From Sphyrna mokarran (taxonomy: Eukaryota): 64,000 nucleotides of DNA. Location: assembly GCA_024679065.1 (NCBI GenBank), contig JAGIQG010000021.1:29078001-29142000 (forward strand). Direction: 5' to 3'. A program made the translations under genes and the position numbers. The notes beneath the pieces are model-generated. The model was given only the letters and a program-made list of their open reading frames with translations, did not search any database and was not told where the DNA came from. Below, one piece after another: positions 48,885-61,343 of this stretch (within the stretch, counting starts at the first letter, position 1; every line of letters begins with the position of its first letter).

Positions 48885-49905
48885 GATGGTTGTAAGAAGT
48901 TGGTTTTCAGACCGGAGGTCTATGAGCAGCGTTGTGCCTCAGGGATCAATGCTGGGCCCACTGTTAATTGTCATTTATTTTAATGATTTGGATGAGAATA
49001 TAGGGGACATCGTTAGTAAGTTTGCAGATGACACCAAGATTGGTGGCATAGTGGACAGTGAAGAAAGTTATCTCCAAGCAACGGGATCTTGACCAATTGG
49101 GCCAATAGGCTGACAAATGGCAGATGGAGTTTACTTTAAACAAATGCAAGATAATTAACTGAGTAAGTCCTGCCCTGGTTCAATGTTGGGGAGAGTTACA
49201 GAACAAAGAGATCTAGGGGTACCTGTTCATAACTCACTTAAACTGAAGTCACAGCTGGACAGAGTGGTGAAAAAGGCATTTGGCATACTTGCTTTCATTA
49301 GTTGGAACATTGAATACAGGAGTAGGGACATCTTGTTAAAGTTATACAAGACATTGGTAAGACCACACTTGGAATACTGTGTGGAATCCTGGTCACCCTA
49401 TTATATAAAGGATATTACTAAACTAGAAAGAGTGCAAAAAGATTACTTGCTAATGGAACTTGATGGATTAAGTTAAAAGGAGAGACTGAATAGATTGAGA
49501 CTTTTTTATCTGGAACGTGGGAGGCTCCGGGGTGACGTTATGGAGGTTTATAAAATAATGAGGGGCATAGACAAGGTAGATAGTCAATGTCTTTTCTCAA
49601 AGCTAAAATAGAGGGTATCAGTTTAAGCTGAGAGGGGAGAGATACGAAAGTGTTCAAAGGGGTAATTTTTTCACGCAGAGGGTGGGGAGTGTCTGGAACA
49701 AGCTGTCAGAGGTAGTAGTAGAAGCAGGTACAATTTTATCTTTTTAAAAGCATTCGGATAGTTACATGGGTATGATGAGTATAGAGGAACAAGGGACAAA
49801 TATAGGCAACTGGGATTAGCTTAGGGATTTAAAAAAGAGATGGCATGGACAAGTTGGGCCAGAGGGCCTGTTTCCATGCTGTAAACATCTATGACTCTAT
49901 GATAT
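48885..49905 (+). mobile_element. CR1 LINE RT and 3' end
   Basis: SVVPQGSMLGPLLIVIYFNDLDEN...SKFADDTKIGG and LYKTLVRPHLEYCVESWSP; tail GGGCCAGAGGGCCTGTTTCCATGCTGTA..(CTATGACT). Confidence 0.95.
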
Positions 49906-50299
49906 GTTATGAAGCAGACTGGCACACCTTCATTTGAAACAGAATGTTTGGGACATTGTTTAACATTGAGTTTATACAGCTACAAATGAAATCAATATCT
50001 GTGACATTCCATTGTTAATTTTTTTTGTACAAATGTCAAAATTCCAAGTCATTTTCACTTAATCTTGGGATTTCCAAATATCTTTATATCGGGCAAATCT
50101 CACAGCTTAGTGTTTTCTATTTGGGAATAATAAATTCAAATTGATGATTATTTTAATAAAAATATTAAAACAATATCTCATTATAGTTTGAGAAAATTTG
50201 ATCAAGTATTACTTCATAAACTGATCTATAGTAGGAGGTTGAAAACCAGAGGATTTAATTGGAGTAGATACTCAATGTGAAGCCATCACTAAGTCCTGG

Positions 50300-50522
50300 A
50301 TTGGATTCCTGGCTCGGATCACATTCTCCCCGTGTATGTGAGGGTTTGCTCTCGGTGCTCCGGTTTGTTCCCACAGATTTAAAGCGTGCTAGTTAGATGC
50401 GTTGGCTATGCTAAATTCTCCCTCAGTATATCTGAACAGATGTCTGATGTGGCAACTAGGAATTTTCACAGTGATTTCATTGCCGTGTTAATGTAAGCCT
50501 ACTTGTGACACTAAAAAATAAA
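50300..50522 (+). mobile_element. V-SINE with tail B, 5' degraded
   Basis: CACATTCTCCCCGTGT...GTGGCAACTAGGAATTTTCACAGTGATTTCATTGCCGTGTTAATGTAAGCCTACTTGTGACACTAA. Confidence 0.8.
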
Positions 50523-51164
50523 GTCATGGTAGCACAGGAGTGAATTTTGCTTCCAGTGGCATGCACATGGGAAGCAAGTAAGATACTTATCCAAGTCCAA
50601 TTTTAATTTTGTTTATTTAAAGAAATTAATTGTAAAAAAAAATTAAAGATCACCAATGGTAAAGAGATTATTGATCTATGAGCAGGATCCATCCAGTAAT
50701 TAGCAAATAAACACTGCTTGTGGCTTAAAACCTTAAATTGACTTTCTTTTCTCGAATGCTAAAACAAAATAGTTGTTGTAGGAATTTATAACTTGACTTT
50801 TATTACGTTTCCAGATCATGAACTACACCATGCTATATATAACTGGACTCAAAAATCTCACAAATAATTCAGATTGACTATTAATGTCAAAATGTTCCTA
50901 GTCAAAGCAGATTTACCCGTACAGAGAAATGACTCATTTCCGCTGATAAATCACTGTGCAAATGTTAAACTGCAAGATTCAAAGTTTCGTACTTTCGGTT
51001 ATAATTATCACTAAAGGAAACATATGTATGAAAATTCCGGAAAAATAACACTTCCTCATCTTAATCTAGGATCACAATTTGCTGTAATATACCAACTGTG
51101 GAAACTTGTTGCTAAATGCTAATCATTTTTCTTTGCTCCACAAAAAGACTCAAAGTTATGTTTT

Positions 51165-51740
51165 ACAGAGCACTGTGCAGATCACTGTACAGATTACAGA
51201 GCACAATGAAGAGCATAGAACAGTGTACAGTGCAACGTACAGAGTAATTTACAGAGCACTGTAGAGTACAGAGCACTGTGAAGAGCACAGAACAATTTAC
51301 AGATCACAGAATAATGTACAGAGCAGTTTACAAAGCACAGAGCAATGTGGAGTATAGATCACTGTGCAGGCCACAAAACACAGCAATATAGAGTGCAACG
51401 TATGATGACAGAGCATTGTGAAGAGCACAGAGCAACGTCCAGAGCAATTTACATATCACAGAGCAAAGCAACGTAGAGTACAGAGCAGAGCACTGTACAA
51501 AGCACTATACAGACCACAGAGTGCTATATAGAGCATAGACAAAGCATAGAGTAATGTACAGAGCACAGAGCAGAACAATGTACAGTACACAGTGGACTGT
51601 GCTGAACACACAGCAATATTCAGAGTACAGAGCAATGTAGTGTACAGAGCATTGTATAGACTATAGAGAAGTATACAAACCATAGAGCCTTGTGTGGGGC
51701 ACAGAGCAATGTACAGAGCACAGAGCAAATTTTACAGAGC
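51165..51740. repeat. Degenerate minisatellite of mixed 7-mer (ACAGAGC) and 12-mer (ACAGAGCACTGT/ACAGAGCAATGT) units
   Basis: Dozens of ACAGAGC variants over ~575 bp; explains the L/C/Y-rich low-complexity ORF at 51456-51728. Confidence 0.9.
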
Positions 51741-51799
51741 GGGGCACCTATTTCCTCCAGAAAAAGAATGGAGCTATGGAAACCTAAATGGGTGTTTGA

Positions 51800-52035
51800 G
51801 CTCACATACCAACCAACTCAAGAACAGCTTCTTCCCTGCTGCTGTTGGACTTTTGAATGGAATTACTTTGTATTAAGTTGATCTTCCTCTACACCCTAGC
51901 TATAACTGCACTCTCTCGTTTCCTTCTCTATGAACAGTATATTTTGTCTATAAAGCACACAAGAAACAATACTTTTCACTGTATGTTAATAGATGTGACA
52001 AAAATAAATGAAATGAAATCAAAGCAAATCAAAAG
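51800..52035 (+). mobile_element. Rex1/Babar-type LINE 3' end
   Basis: ORF end TNQLKNSFFPAAVGLLN; tail ATACTTTTCACTGTAT...ATGTGACA..AATAAAT(G/CAAAT)n. Confidence 0.75.
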
Positions 52036-52239
52036 CAGTAAGAAAAGAAAATTAGTTGGCAATTTTGAAGGGCATGTATGACAAAAATAAATATCTAATA
52101 TTAAATTTTATTTAGCCTTATATTTGCAGCAAAATCATAGCGCTAATGAAGGAGAGAGATTATTGAAATAGATAAAGAACTTTCTCAATCAATCTGACTT
52201 CAATTCAGCAAGCAAATAAGTAGCATCACATTTAGTTTT

Positions 52240-54485
52240 AGGGAAATACTGTAGAGAAAGAGAATGATATTATTATTAGGAGATTATCTAGTTAACAATA
52301 ACCGCAATATAATTCAATGTAATCTAATTATGGAAAGAGACTAGAAGATATCGAAGGTCAAGTTACTAGACAGGCAAAGCATGAACTTAATTAATTTAAG
52401 AAAGGATCCAGTAGGAGTGGATTAGTAAAGGTAATTGTAGGATAATGCAATAGAAGGAAACAATGGGGGACATTTAGGGAAGAGATAGCTCAGGTGTAAA
52501 CTTATTCTTTCAAGGGAAAAGGTAGAGTATCAAAATCTAATAATCCCTAGAAGATCTAAAAAATATAAGTTCAAATAAAACAGAAAGCAGAAGTTCATGA
52601 AAATATCCGGAGCAAGATTCAGTTAGTAACCAGGAATATTATGAATTGAGCAGAAAGGAATTGAAAAGGAATACACAAAGCAAAGGGAGGTTGTGAGAAA
52701 AAACATCAAATTGAAGCTTAGAATATTTTATGAACATATGGGGAGGCATTTTCCCATCCCAATCGACATGGGAGTTGTTGCAGTTGAGATAGACCATCCA
52801 AAGGTCCATTAATTTCAGGCACGACTTTCCCATCTTGGGTAGATGGCAGCCGGAAAATCCCTCCCACAGAGCACAAATAGTTAGATAGAATAAAGAAACT
52901 AGATTATTAAAGGTCCAAAGGGAAATCTTCATGTAGAGGCAGAGGACATGTTTGAAATATTACATTAATATTTCACATTTGTATTCACAAAGGAAGCAGA
53001 TGATTGTTACACTAAAAGAAGAGTGGGAAGTTATGAACAGAATAGTAATGGATAGATAAGGTGTGTAAAAAGAATTAGCATTATTAAAAGTTGGTAAGTC
53101 ACCTGGTCTGGGTGGCATACATTCAAAGTTGTTGGAAGAAGCAATGATATAAATAGCAAAGTGACTGAGCGCAATCTTTCAATAATCAACAAATATATAG
53201 ATATGTCTCAGTATGGATACTGAGGACTCAAGAATTGATGCAGTTAAGGTCATGAATAAAGAAAAAGGAGAGGAGTTCTCAGGGAAATTACATTATCAAC
53301 AACAAAATAACTTTCATTTGGAAATGCATGGGTTAATAAAGGACACCAGTATTGGACTGGTTCAAAACAAATAGAATCTGACTAACTTGATTTAAATTCT
53401 TTAATGAAATCACAGAGAAGGTAATAAAGGTAGTGCAAAAGATTTTTTTGTATCCAATTCTGGAAGGCATTCAAGAAAGAGGTTTATTAAGAAAAATGGA
53501 AGCCCATTGATTTAAGAGGATTAAGATGATATCGATGTAAGATTGGCACAGGCTTAGGAATTAAAGGGTGAATGACTTGTTCCAGACTGAGAAGTTTCTG
53601 GAATTTATGATCCTTAAAGAACAGTTTTGGGCCCATCACTCAACTTTCTCTAAACAACTTAGACGAGCAGAATAAGATCTGCCGATCACACAAAACTTGG
53701 CAAAATAGTGCATCAGTCATAAAAACAGTTTTAGCTTTCAAGCTGATATAGACAGGATGGTAAAAATGGTCAGAAGCATGGCAGATGAAGTTCAACGTGG
53801 AGGCGTGTGAAATGATTCACTTTATAGAAAGATAGCATACTGAAAATGATATGATTTTGAAAAATGTTGAGCAGTGTAAGCTTGGTGTTCATAAATACAA
53901 AGAACCTTATAATTGACTGGTTTGGCCTCTGCGTGGGTATTGTGGATAATTCTAGGTTCTACATTACAGAAATGATGTAATGGCCTTAGAAAGGGAACAG
54001 AAAAGATTGGCCAGAATATTACCAAGGAGATGGACTTCACTTAAGAGGGGAAATTGTGGAAGTTAGGACAGATGGCTTTGGAACAGCGAAAGTCAAGGGG
54101 TGAACTAATCAAGATTTTCAAGATAATGCGAGTTTTAACTGAGTTAATGAAGAAAAATGATTTTCTTTGGAGTTTATAGATTCACATTCATGGGCAAAAT
54201 ATCTAACAGGGAGATGCAATAACTTTTTAATCAGAGTTGCTGGGATTTAGAACATAGAACATTACAGCGCAGTACAGGCCCTTCGGCCCTCGATGTTTGG
54301 AACTTTCAAACTGAAAAGACGGTGTAAGCTAATTTCATAAGTAATTTTAAAAGCGAGTGATACAGATCCTTGAGGATGAGGAAGTTACAGGGTTATAGAG
54401 AAAAGGCGAGGATATGGTTCTAAACATAGTTCTTGGCACAGGCTTGGTGGACCAAATGGCCATTTTCTGTGCTCTATATTTTGAT
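52240..54485 (+). mobile_element. Old, highly degraded CR1 ORF2; contains MITE A (~52740-52865) and a young 3' tail insertion (~54249-54297)
   Basis: Remnants of KSPGPDGIHP (AAGTCACCTGGTCTGGGTGGCATACATTC), LTNL..FF.E.T, ADDTKLG (GCCGATCACACAAAACTTGG) and WQMKFN (TGGCAGATGAAGTTCAAC); CR1 tail near 54450. Confidence 0.8.
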
Positions 54486-54599
54486 CCTTCTGTTTTGCAC
54501 TACCACCAGTGTTGCCATTTAATCACTTTTTATCTTGTCCTGTGTCAGAATCACTCCTCTTGCCTTGTGTCATAGACTTTCCCTTCCATTCTTTCCTTC

Positions 54600-55810
54600 T
54601 GTTACAGAGATGTGTTGATGTCAAATAGTAACTCAAGTTCATCTGCTGAACTTACATATAGAACTTTATTAAAAGGAAATTTCAACTGTTAAGATAAAGA
54701 CATTGGCTTAAGATGGCTGACACAGGTCACCTGACATGTCCACAACTCCAAGTTGGTCAAGACTGGAAGTTTTCAAAGTGAACTACAATTAGAACATGTT
54801 CAAGCAACCTCCTGTAGAATTTCATACGTGCTGATGTCAAGGATTTCTTGAAAGGGGAACCGAAATTTAAAATGCTTTCCGCTACTGCTTTAATATAAAA
54901 GCCATGTTCTAATGCATCATTCAGCAGCGGAAAGCTTGCAGATCATTGGCTATATTGGAGATGTCGATATGTTCTTCTCAAGTCTTCAGAGGGGAAAAAA
55001 GGCCATTCAGAAGTGATGGCTTGAACAGTAAAAAAAAAGTTAATTAGGCCATAACACAAGAGCCAAAGTCTGTCCAGACATGAGCTAATCAATTACCTTC
55101 TGAGGAATATGCAAATCATTATGAAGAAAAGGGTCATATGATTGGGATTACCAATTCGAAATGTCTTTTATTACAACCCCGAAGTTGCTTTGAAAGACCC
55201 CAGACAAGAAACAGCTGAAGACAACTATAAGCCTTCCTGCTTGTCTCTCTTTCTCTCTCTCTCTCTCTGTTTCAACTAAAGTGAACACTAATTGTATCAT
55301 ACCGGAGAAATTCAGAAGACTTCAAATTCTAAAGCAGCATTCTGTGGGATAAAAGGAACAACTGCTCAAAAAACTGCCTCAGCCATGAACAACAATTAAA
55401 GAATTGTAATAATTGAACACTATTTATTTGCCTTTTATTGTTGAATCTTAATTTGGCCAGAAGTTAACCTCTTCTATTTTCTAACTTGTAATTTTGCAAG
55501 TATGTGTTGCAACAGTTGCGAACAATAAAGCTTTTTCTGTATAGTGCACAAGAAACAATACTTTTCACTGTATTCTAATACACGTGACAATAAATCAAAT
55601 CAAAAAATATATTTTGGTATCTGTCTGAATGAATTTTTAACAATAAAAGTAACAACTTATTTCTTAATTTAAGACATCCGGCTGGCTTATTTCTTCTAGC
55701 TTTATATACGGTCAAGTATATATTGGATTAGAATTATAGAATAGAATCCTTACAGTGCAGAAAGACGCCACATGGGAATTGCCTGGGAAAGTTAAACTTC
55801 TGATGTGACA
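54600..55810 (+). mobile_element. Candidate solo LTR with internal Rex1 tail (~55520-55605) and SINE tail insertions
   Basis: TGTTACA (54600) ... TGTGACA (55810), 6/7 inverted; flanks CTTC/ATTC; internal (CT)n and AATAAA near 55643. Confidence 0.35.
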
Positions 55811-56366
55811 ATTCACCACTGCGCAGCACACTGTACAAGTGTCTCCCACTTTGAGCTTAGGGCAGAAATTTGGTCAAATGCGTGGGATTGACCCTGGAAA
55901 TATTGGGCAGTTTAATGCCTGACTATCAGCTGTGTAACCCAACTGAGAATCAAGACCAATTCTTTTGCCACACGCCTCCCCCGCTCTCCGAACTCCAAGC
56001 ATCATCCCAACAATTGGCCGCCAAATTCATCTCCATATCAAATTAGGGATCACACTTTAAAATTTGTGAATTCATTTCATACATACCTCCCCAACACCAC
56101 ACCTCTCCCCCTCCACCCCAGCCACCTCTGAGAGTGGGCTCAGAACCTAGTAACAGTCCCATGTTCAATGCATAAATGCCAGAAATAAAGCTCATCTAAT
56201 TGGCAGAATTCCTACATGTAGCTACCAAAAGCACAATGCCCTTTAACATCTAATTTAAGTTGGTGCTGGAGCACGGGACTTGTTATGAGCTGTCCCTAGC
56301 ATACCCTCTAATTCTACTCTCGTTCTGTGCTCGCGAAACTTACCTCCAACTCTCTTAAACTTCAAG

Positions 56367-56558
56367 AGACTTTTGAATGGACTTGTATATTAAGCTGAGT
56401 TTTCTCTACAGCTATGATTGTAACACTATATTCTGCATCTCTTCTTTCTTTCTCCCCTATGTAATCTATAGACAGAGTGTTTTGTCTGTATGGTGTGCAG
56501 GTAACTATACTTTTCACTGTATTCCAATACATATGACTATAATAAATCAAATCAAATC
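56367..56558 (+). mobile_element. Rex1-type LINE 3' UTR
   Basis: GACTTTTGAATGGA...TATTAAGCTGA...ATACTTTTCACTGTATTCCAATACATATGAC..AATAAATCAAATCAAATC, as at 51800-52035. Confidence 0.75.
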
Positions 56559-57634
56559 TGTGCATTCCACTAAATCCAAATGAAAAGTCTCTTGGAGACC
56601 AAACAAGATATTATTTTCTCTTTGCAACTATTTATATTTTAGTTTCTCCAACCTGTCCATTTGACCATTCCCAATGTACTGTGGTAAAATCTGTCAGAGT
56701 CAGTTATGAAACTTCAAACATGTTGATTTCATGCTGTGTTTCAGGTTGCATGGTAATCCAGTGTTGCCACATTTCTTCTGGACTGCTGCAAAGAGGCAGA
56801 CTTTGCCATACGTTAACATCCTTTCCTTAAAACTGGAATTAACTTGGGTTGAAATGAAAACATTAGTACAGCTTAAGACTGACCATCAGCTAACTAAAAA
56901 ATAACTGGGTGTCCTATGTGACATTCTAGGGGACACCTTCTACCTTCCTATCTTGTTTGACAGATAGTCACAGCCAGGTTCAGATCCATATTAATACCTG
57001 TAGAACCCGGAGACAAATTTCAGAGGAGATGCATACTTTGAGAAATATGGCAATATGGCTGACCAACAGTACAAATTGCATGACCCAAGATTGTATTCTA
57101 TAAAGCATTGCCCATCAACTTGCCCTTCACCCTTAACTGTTCATACATTCCACGTCCTTATGGATTTGAGACCATTTTGGCATATCTCATACAGAGCGAT
57201 ATTTTAAACACACACCTATTCAACAGTGCACTATAAGCATTTGGCAGAGTTGCTCTTTCTAATGGCTGCACATATCAGATCACTGTAACAAAACCCCAGC
57301 TATATGATTCATGGCTGACAACTAAAATAGTTCACAGATTAGGAAAATGTCTGTCACTCTAGATATGATCCTACAATGTATAACAGCTACTTCTGCTCAT
57401 GCACAACAAACGTGACACAAAGGAACAGATAAAAGTAGGAATATGGCTCAGGAATCACAAATGTTAATTCCCTTGGGTATTCTTGCATAACTGAGCATGA
57501 AAAATAATAGAAGGTGATGATACATTACTTTCTTCATAACCAAAAGCAGTATCATCCTGCCCTTGTGTCTTACCACATTTCACACACATTGTCAGACAGA
57601 CACTGATACAAATATCATAAAATAAACATAAAGC

Positions 57635-58180
57635 ATTAGAAATAGAAACAAGAGAAGGCCAAACAGCCCATCGAGCCAGCTTCACTATTTAATATGATTA
57701 TGGCAGATCTTGAGCTTCACTTCCTGCCTGTTGCCCATGTCCATTGATTCCCTGAGACACCAAACATCTGTCTATGCTAGATTTAAATTTATTCAATGAT
57801 GGAGCATCCACAAACATCTGGGGTAGAAAATTCCAAAGATTCACAATCCTTTGAGTGAAACAGTTTCTCCCCATCTTGGTGTTAAATGATAGCCTTTTCA
57901 ATCAAGTCTATGCCCCTTTGCTTAGATTCCCCAGCCAGGAGCAGCAATCTCTCAGTATCTAACCTGACAAGCCCTTTCATAATCTTGAATGTTTTAAAGT
58001 GATCACCTCTCATTCTTCTAAACTCCAGACAATATCAGCCCAATTTAATCAGCCTTTCGTTGTAGGAAAACCCTCTCATCTCAGGAGCCAAAGAAGTGAA
58101 CATTTGCTGTACTGCCTCCAATGCAAGTATATCATTTCTTAAATATGTAAATTGAAAATGCATACAGTATTCTGGGTCAA
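57635..58180 (-). mobile_element. CR1 LINE 3' region
   Basis: Minus ORF remnants FNTKMGRNCFTQRIVNLWNFLPQ and LRNDILALEAVQQMFTSLAPEMRGFSYNERL. Confidence 0.9.
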
Positions 58181-59369
58181 GAGTTGAGGTTGTGGGATCA
58201 AATGTCAGGAGTTTGGTCCACAAATGGGGTTGGGCCTCCAGAAGAGGGTGAGGGGGTGGAAATGGAGAGGAGAAGGGGAAGGGGGAATCCCATCCCATGG
58301 TTTGGAGTTCTTTGGGTGTGTAGGGAGTCCCAACATTAGGAGTGGCTTTAATCCTTTTAATCTTTCCTTGGGTAAATTATTTAACCAGTCAGAGCATATA
58401 GCAATTGATTAAAGGTAGTTTTCATTTCTGGCCAATTGCTATGTCAAACTTACCTGGAAAATTCCAAAAGGGGTTCCCAGCACATCTTTGGATGACCCTC
58501 CCCATCTGATTCTGAACAGCTCAGAAATTTAGGCCTTGATAAATTTCTCAGATAGGACATTCCTTTCATGAAACCATAAAATACAAGGTCTGTATGAATT
58601 TGTGGCTAAGATTTTAATACATGTTTCATTATTTACAACAGATCAAAATGAGAAATTTGCCAGCATTATCAGAGATCCAGAACAACACAGCATCAAAAGT
58701 TCCTTTTGCAAATGTTTGCAAACATTAAGTTGGCTACACACATCCAGGAAGTCAGTGAACTCAAAGGTTAGAAACCATATTTATCACAATGCAGTAGTGA
58801 AGAGGTGCAATGGTGATGACAGATAAAGAACAAAAATCTGCTAACAGCATAGTTTATGGCGCCCATCCAGGAATTATATTTTTTCAATGTAACCCCATGG
58901 TGAAATTGGATAGGAAAGGACTTGAAAATGTTGCCATGCTGACTAATTCACCATCAGCTTTTGATATGTATATGGTTGACATTTTGCTTAACACAGCCAT
59001 GATAGCCTGGAATCAACAAGATAGCTATTTTGCAAGTGGGCGAGAAGCATTATTGCCAAGCTTGGTCCTGTTATCGTACAATTTCCAAATGAAGTGAGGA
59101 CTTGTTTCCAGGAGTTTTAATCGGAAATGAGAATTTGTTGCCCTCTACCTTCTTCCCTACTTGGTGAGGACAACTTCCACTCACGCTACCATTCTCTAGC
59201 TCAGCACAGATTTCAGAACAGAAAAAGGTCCACCCTGATCAATGTTATCCGGAACCATGCGATATAATTCATTGGAAACCAAATAAAGCATTCAATAAAC
59301 ACGCTTACAGCAAAAATGGATTTTTTCATTCCTAGTCACTGTACACATAAATTTGAGTAGTTCTTGTAG

Positions 59370-59540
59370 GTCCAAAGATGTGCAGGTTAGGTAGACTGGC
59401 CATATTAAATTGCCCCTCACTGTCAGGGGAACTAGTTAGGGTAAATGCATGGGATTATGGGGATATGACCAGTGTGGGATTGGGGTCAGTGCAGACTCGA
59501 TGGGCTGAATGGCCTCCTTCTGTTGGATTCTATGATTCTA
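59370..59540 (+). mobile_element. HE1-like SINE 3' half
   Basis: GTCCAAAGATGTGCAGGTTAGG...GCAGACTCGATGGGCTGAATGGCCTCCTTCTG...ATTCTATGATTCTA. Confidence 0.8.
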
Positions 59541-59569
59541 TAATTTATACAAATGAATGATTGCTTGGA

Positions 59570-59760
59570 TAAGTGTAGCTGCAACAACACTCAAGGAGCT
59601 CGGTATTATCCAGACAAAGCAGCCTGCTTGATTGGTATCCCATCCACAGCCTCCAATATTGACTTCCTCCACCACTGATTCACAGTGGCAATAGTGCTTG
59701 CCATCTACAAGATGCACTGCAATAACCCATCAATGTTCCTTCGACAACATCTTCCAAATC
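59570..59760 (+). mobile_element. LINE family B fragment
   Basis: CAACAACACTCAAG...AAAGCAGCCTGCTTGATTGG...CCATCTACAAGATGCACTGCA. Confidence 0.7.
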
Positions 59761-60169
59761 TTTAATGCTATCTTTGCCCCCAGCCAAGCTTATTCACTCA
59801 AACTTGTTGTTGGCCGAGAATCTCAACTAAAATATTTTCTAAGCATTAAAGAAACATCTCTTCTAAGAATTCCCAGGTTACCAAAGTCATCTTAGGATGG
59901 GGAAAAAAAACCTGGGGCATTGCTAGGAAGACCAAACTTCTTTGCAAATATCAGCCCTTAGGAGTCTGTTCTACCCCAGGCCCTTAGAGATATGTGAGTA
60001 CATGGATCGTGCAGATAGTACATAGCTGAGACTGCAACACTCTGCATGCTCAATTAACAACATATTTCCATTAATATATTTTCGTTAATAACTTTTTTTG
60101 TAACTAGTCATAGATTAAAGCTTACACTTCCTGTTACAGTGAGGTCACTGGATCACTTTTCATCATCTC

Positions 60170-61230
60170 CTCCACCAGAATGTGAAATGGGTGCTGGACC
60201 ACATCACCGTCTTCAACAGGCTCAAGCAAGCATTCCCAACCCCATCAGTCTACAATACTTTGATGTTTGAGCACCGATACTCATATTAGTAGGTGTCTCC
60301 CAGCACAGTCTGCTTCCAGAATGACAGATCAATAGCCTTTGCTTTAAATGCTCTCACTGACACTGAGACTTGTTATGCTGAGATCAAAAAGAAACTTTTT
60401 ACTCTAGCCTTTGCCTGTCGGAAATTTGATGATTTTATATGTGGTCATCCTGGAAGAGTTGAAACTATCACCATAGCTATTCTGAAAAGCTGTTTCACAC
60501 AACATTTGCGAAGTTGCATTGCATAATTCAAAAGCTATAATGCTACAACCTCAGTATCATCTACAAACATGCTAAGAAGGTATACCTGGCCATCGTTCTT
60601 TCCAGAATCTTCCTACCCAAGCACATTATAGAAATTATAGAAACCGTACAGTGCAAAAAGAGGCCATTCAGCCCATTGAATCTGCACCAACCACAATCCC
60701 ACCCACGCCCTACCCCATATGCCTACATATTTACCTGCAAATCCCTCTAACCTATGCATCTCAGGACACAAAGGGGCAATTTTTTTTTTAGCATAGCCAA
60801 TTAACTTAACCCGCACATCTTTGGACTGTGAGGGGAAACCAGAGGAAACCCACACGGACATGAGGAGAACGTGCAAATCCCACACAGAGAGTGACCCAAG
60901 TTCAGAATCGAACCCTGGTCCGTGGAGCTGTGAAGCAATAGTGCTAACCACTGTGCTACCATGGTACATAATGAGGAAGACATAGACATCATGACCACAG
61001 TTGTGGTTTTATCTTGCAGAATCCAGGAACTCAAAGATGCCTTATAGACTGACATCACATACAGACATCACAACATCATCATAAGGGCCTGGCCTGAGTC
61101 CTCAAGGGAGCTTCCCTACAAGCTCCATGCACTCTTCGCTATCAGACTTGAGTTATCTGTACAAGGCAGACTGAGAATGCGTGGCCAGCGATTGATCACT
61201 TTTACCTCTCTCCAGAGATACCGCTACGCA
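60170..61230 (+). mobile_element. Ty3/Gypsy LTR-retrotransposon pol relic (RNase H to pre-integrase linker), split by a SINE
   Basis: QNDRSIAFALNALTDTETCYAEIKKKLFTLAFACRKFDDFICGHPGRVET resembles Gypsy RNase H (PIAFASR.LT..E.RYAQIEKELLA); after the SINE, IIRAWPE...LP...R.ELSV.G....GQRL resembles the linker. Stops and frameshifts present. Confidence 0.85.
60630..60965 (-). mobile_element. HE1-like V-SINE inserted in Gypsy pol
   Basis: TATAGAAACCGTACAGTGCAAAAAGAGGCCATTCAGCCC...AGTGCTAACCACTGTGCTACCATG. Confidence 0.85.
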
Positions 61231-61343
61231 AAAACCTCTGCGCCCAGAGGGTATACCAGCCCGAGAGCATCTCCAGCACATCCAACTGGCATAGTCACTT
61301 GATCAGGGAGCATGACCAAACCAGACACAACGTTCCAGTTCTA

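Noticed and set aside
51165-51740. CRISPR-like or coding repeat
   Set aside because: Eukaryotic context, units too short, no unique spacers, no cas genes; the ORF is a low-complexity by-product.
58810-59097. 95-aa ATG-initiated ORF
   Set aside because: No recognisable domain or exon structure.
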